From Candidatus Krumholzibacteriota bacterium (GTDB taxonomy: Bacteria; Krumholzibacteriota; Krumholzibacteriia; JAJRXK01): 64,000 bases of DNA. The notes under the pieces are model-generated. The model made no database searches. It worked only from the letters and a program-made list of their open reading frames with translations, and was not told where the DNA came from. Location of the stretch: NCBI GenBank assembly GCA_963764625.1, contig CAVXTH010000005.1, forward strand, positions 192,001 to 256,000, in the 5' to 3' direction. Both the position numbers and the translations under genes were made by a program. Below are positions 63,401 to 64,000 of the stretch, piece after piece; positions within the stretch are counted from its first letter, which is position 1; every line of letters begins with the position of its first letter.

Positions 63401-64000
63401 CGGCCCCCACCGGCAGGTCGAGATCTCCGGACACGGCATACAGTCCGTTCTGTGGAGGACGATGGGCCAGACGGGCCGGATGGGCCAGAGCGGCGAAGGA
63501 CTCGGCGATCTTCGAGGGAGTGGCCAGGGCCAGAACGAACCACAAAGCGAGGGCGAGGAGCGCCAGCAGAGTATGCCTCCCGACACCCACCAGGGGGATG
63601 CGGGGGGCCAAGGCCGTCGCCTCGGCCTCGACGCAGGCGCGGCGCAGAATCTCCTCGACCAGTTCCGGCGAGGCGCCGTCCGAGAGAGGATCCTCCTTGC
63701 GCGAGGAACTGAACTGAGTGGCCGTCTCGAGAAGATTGGCGTACTGCCCGTGGTGTTCGAGCTGGCGACTGAAGGCGCGGAGGTTGGCCAAGCGCCGTAG
63801 GGGCAAGAGCGCGCCGGAGACTCCCACCCACGCCAAGACGCAAAGCAACGCGCCCCACAGCAGAGCCGCGGCTTTGGGACCCATCTGCGACCAGACGGCA
63901 ACCGAGAAGACCGCGACCCCCAGAATGAGACCCGCAGCGCCGAGGAGCATCAGGAAACTGTTGCCGAGGATTCGCCAGCGCAGTCGTTTCAGCTCGACTC
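60483..64000 (-). CDS. large DUF4175-like membrane-anchored protein (5' end outside window)
   Basis: N-terminal TMs, PP.YTG and D.PP.V...P/DD.GL beta domains, long Q/E/M-rich coiled coil; frame open to window end. Confidence 0.75.
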   Translation of the reverse strand, partial: VELKRLRWRILGNSFLMLLGAAGLILGVAVFSVAVWSQMGPKAAALLWGALLCVLAWVGVSGALLPLRRLANLRAFSRQLEHHGQYANLLETATQFSSSRKEDPLSDGASPELVEEILRRACVEAEATALAPRIPLVGVGRHTLLALLALALWFVLALATPSKIAESFAALAHPARLAHRPPQNGLYAVSGDLDLPVGADAELHARDLIGGKEPVVLLVSYTGDYWQEFPTVDVTPDPSRSPYLEISGRVEQVKDPFRYRFRKGELLTRAHEVRIRERPVLRALAARLIPPAYTGLAIEEKEDLGGTTAVLTGTTVILKGTASVPLGNARRVMEGDGAAITLALTGTEFSDTLRVESDMAFSFALEGKEGISGDSAIVYHFNAIPDEPPSVRLTAPSPEYSLDRDLTVQVEGLAADDVGLRRVDLLYRTPDEQDWRRSSLVEKAKPNLSSDAIKDLQIDAGTKELALAFTWHLGDVQLFPGDVLSYCLEAVDNDELVGGQRSRSLVQHLRLPTVAEVLKGQQSERSQQNDQLKGMLDQGKELQENLDRLRRELLKNPKPDWTKQQEIEKALEDQRAFREKAQEEAQRMNLMLEEFQKNNSGSVEMLQKMETIQNLLEKLQDANLDSYLQAMKKAMDKLSPSEMQQAMEDAATAQEEWNRRLDRSIELLRKLEREHAMDDLMEEAAEALSRQEELRRAMNPKAESSQADSLGTDASQSSRADSLGAEASQPKSGSEAKSGDPSKLSQEDLARLQKKLSEQTQELEKRLEEELKRLKEQRDAGEADDPSAKEMQDALQDAQKQMNQDGKASKSMKDASDQMQNGDQKQVTKEMQEAMDRLISLYKTLAEGKSGMTMTTKSFAIEKLQQTAYDLLRVSFEQEHVVRQLDDGVRDQRVQPITREQARLTRGATKLSEDLQDLAKKNFLIGEKLLESMRDLVETMQSSTHQLEYSRPRRAREEAETSMGMMNKIVIGLLTSAEQQGQGSGSGASASQQMKEMAGEQSRLNAMTKDLQQRMQQGLSAQERGQLARMRAMQEKIRRQLDELHKSLDDERRVLGDLGKLSQDMEHSAKNLQSGRLDPETRQLQDRILSRLLDAERSVRERDFAKRRESKESEHLYQNQEGSQLSEGREDRKRELRRWLAPDAAPREYQDEVRRYFRRIQDELQGKDATK
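61812..61889. repeat. imperfect 39-bp tandem duplication encoding SS(Q/R)ADSLG(TD/AE)ASQ
   Basis: ctgcgaagcctccgcgccaagggaatccgcccgcgagga / ctgcgaagcgtccgtaccgagcgaatccgcctgcgagga. Confidence 0.8.

Overview
High-GC bacterial chromosome segment, almost entirely core genes on the - strand; gene content suggests an FCB-superphylum relative (inference only). In transcription order (right to left): partial DUF4175-like membrane/coiled-coil gene, a TPR gene frameshifted at a G7 run, an exported GATase-like protein, a small Zn-ribbon gene, a CPBP protease (+), nnr-tsaD, a five-gene signalling cassette (REC-GGDEF plus two paralogous kinase-GAF-HD-GYP hybrids, each followed by a stand-alone receiver), priA, TPR lipoprotein, rho, rpmE-DUF1385-prfA-prmC-trkH (read through into a lipoprotein)-murA-selB, a GAF/HD-GYP phosphodiesterase, NFACT/RqcH (+), yicC-gmk-rpoZ-coaBC-udg, sodB (+), dnaB, mlaEFD, radA-ispD-ispF-ddl-cysS, the Thr-Tyr-Gly-Thr tRNA/tuf cluster, rpmG-tRNA-Trp-secE-nusG-rplKAJL-rpoBC and rpsL-rpsG. 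No mobile elements or CRISPR seen. Best leads: the kinase/degenerate HD-GYP cassette, sigma54-type motifs ahead of both c-di-GMP loci, a 9-unit 11-bp-phased DnaA-box-like G-rich array between dnaB and sodB, the TrkH-lipoprotein read-through, and a probable CTG start for cysS. All calls come from reading motifs by eye; no database searches were run.
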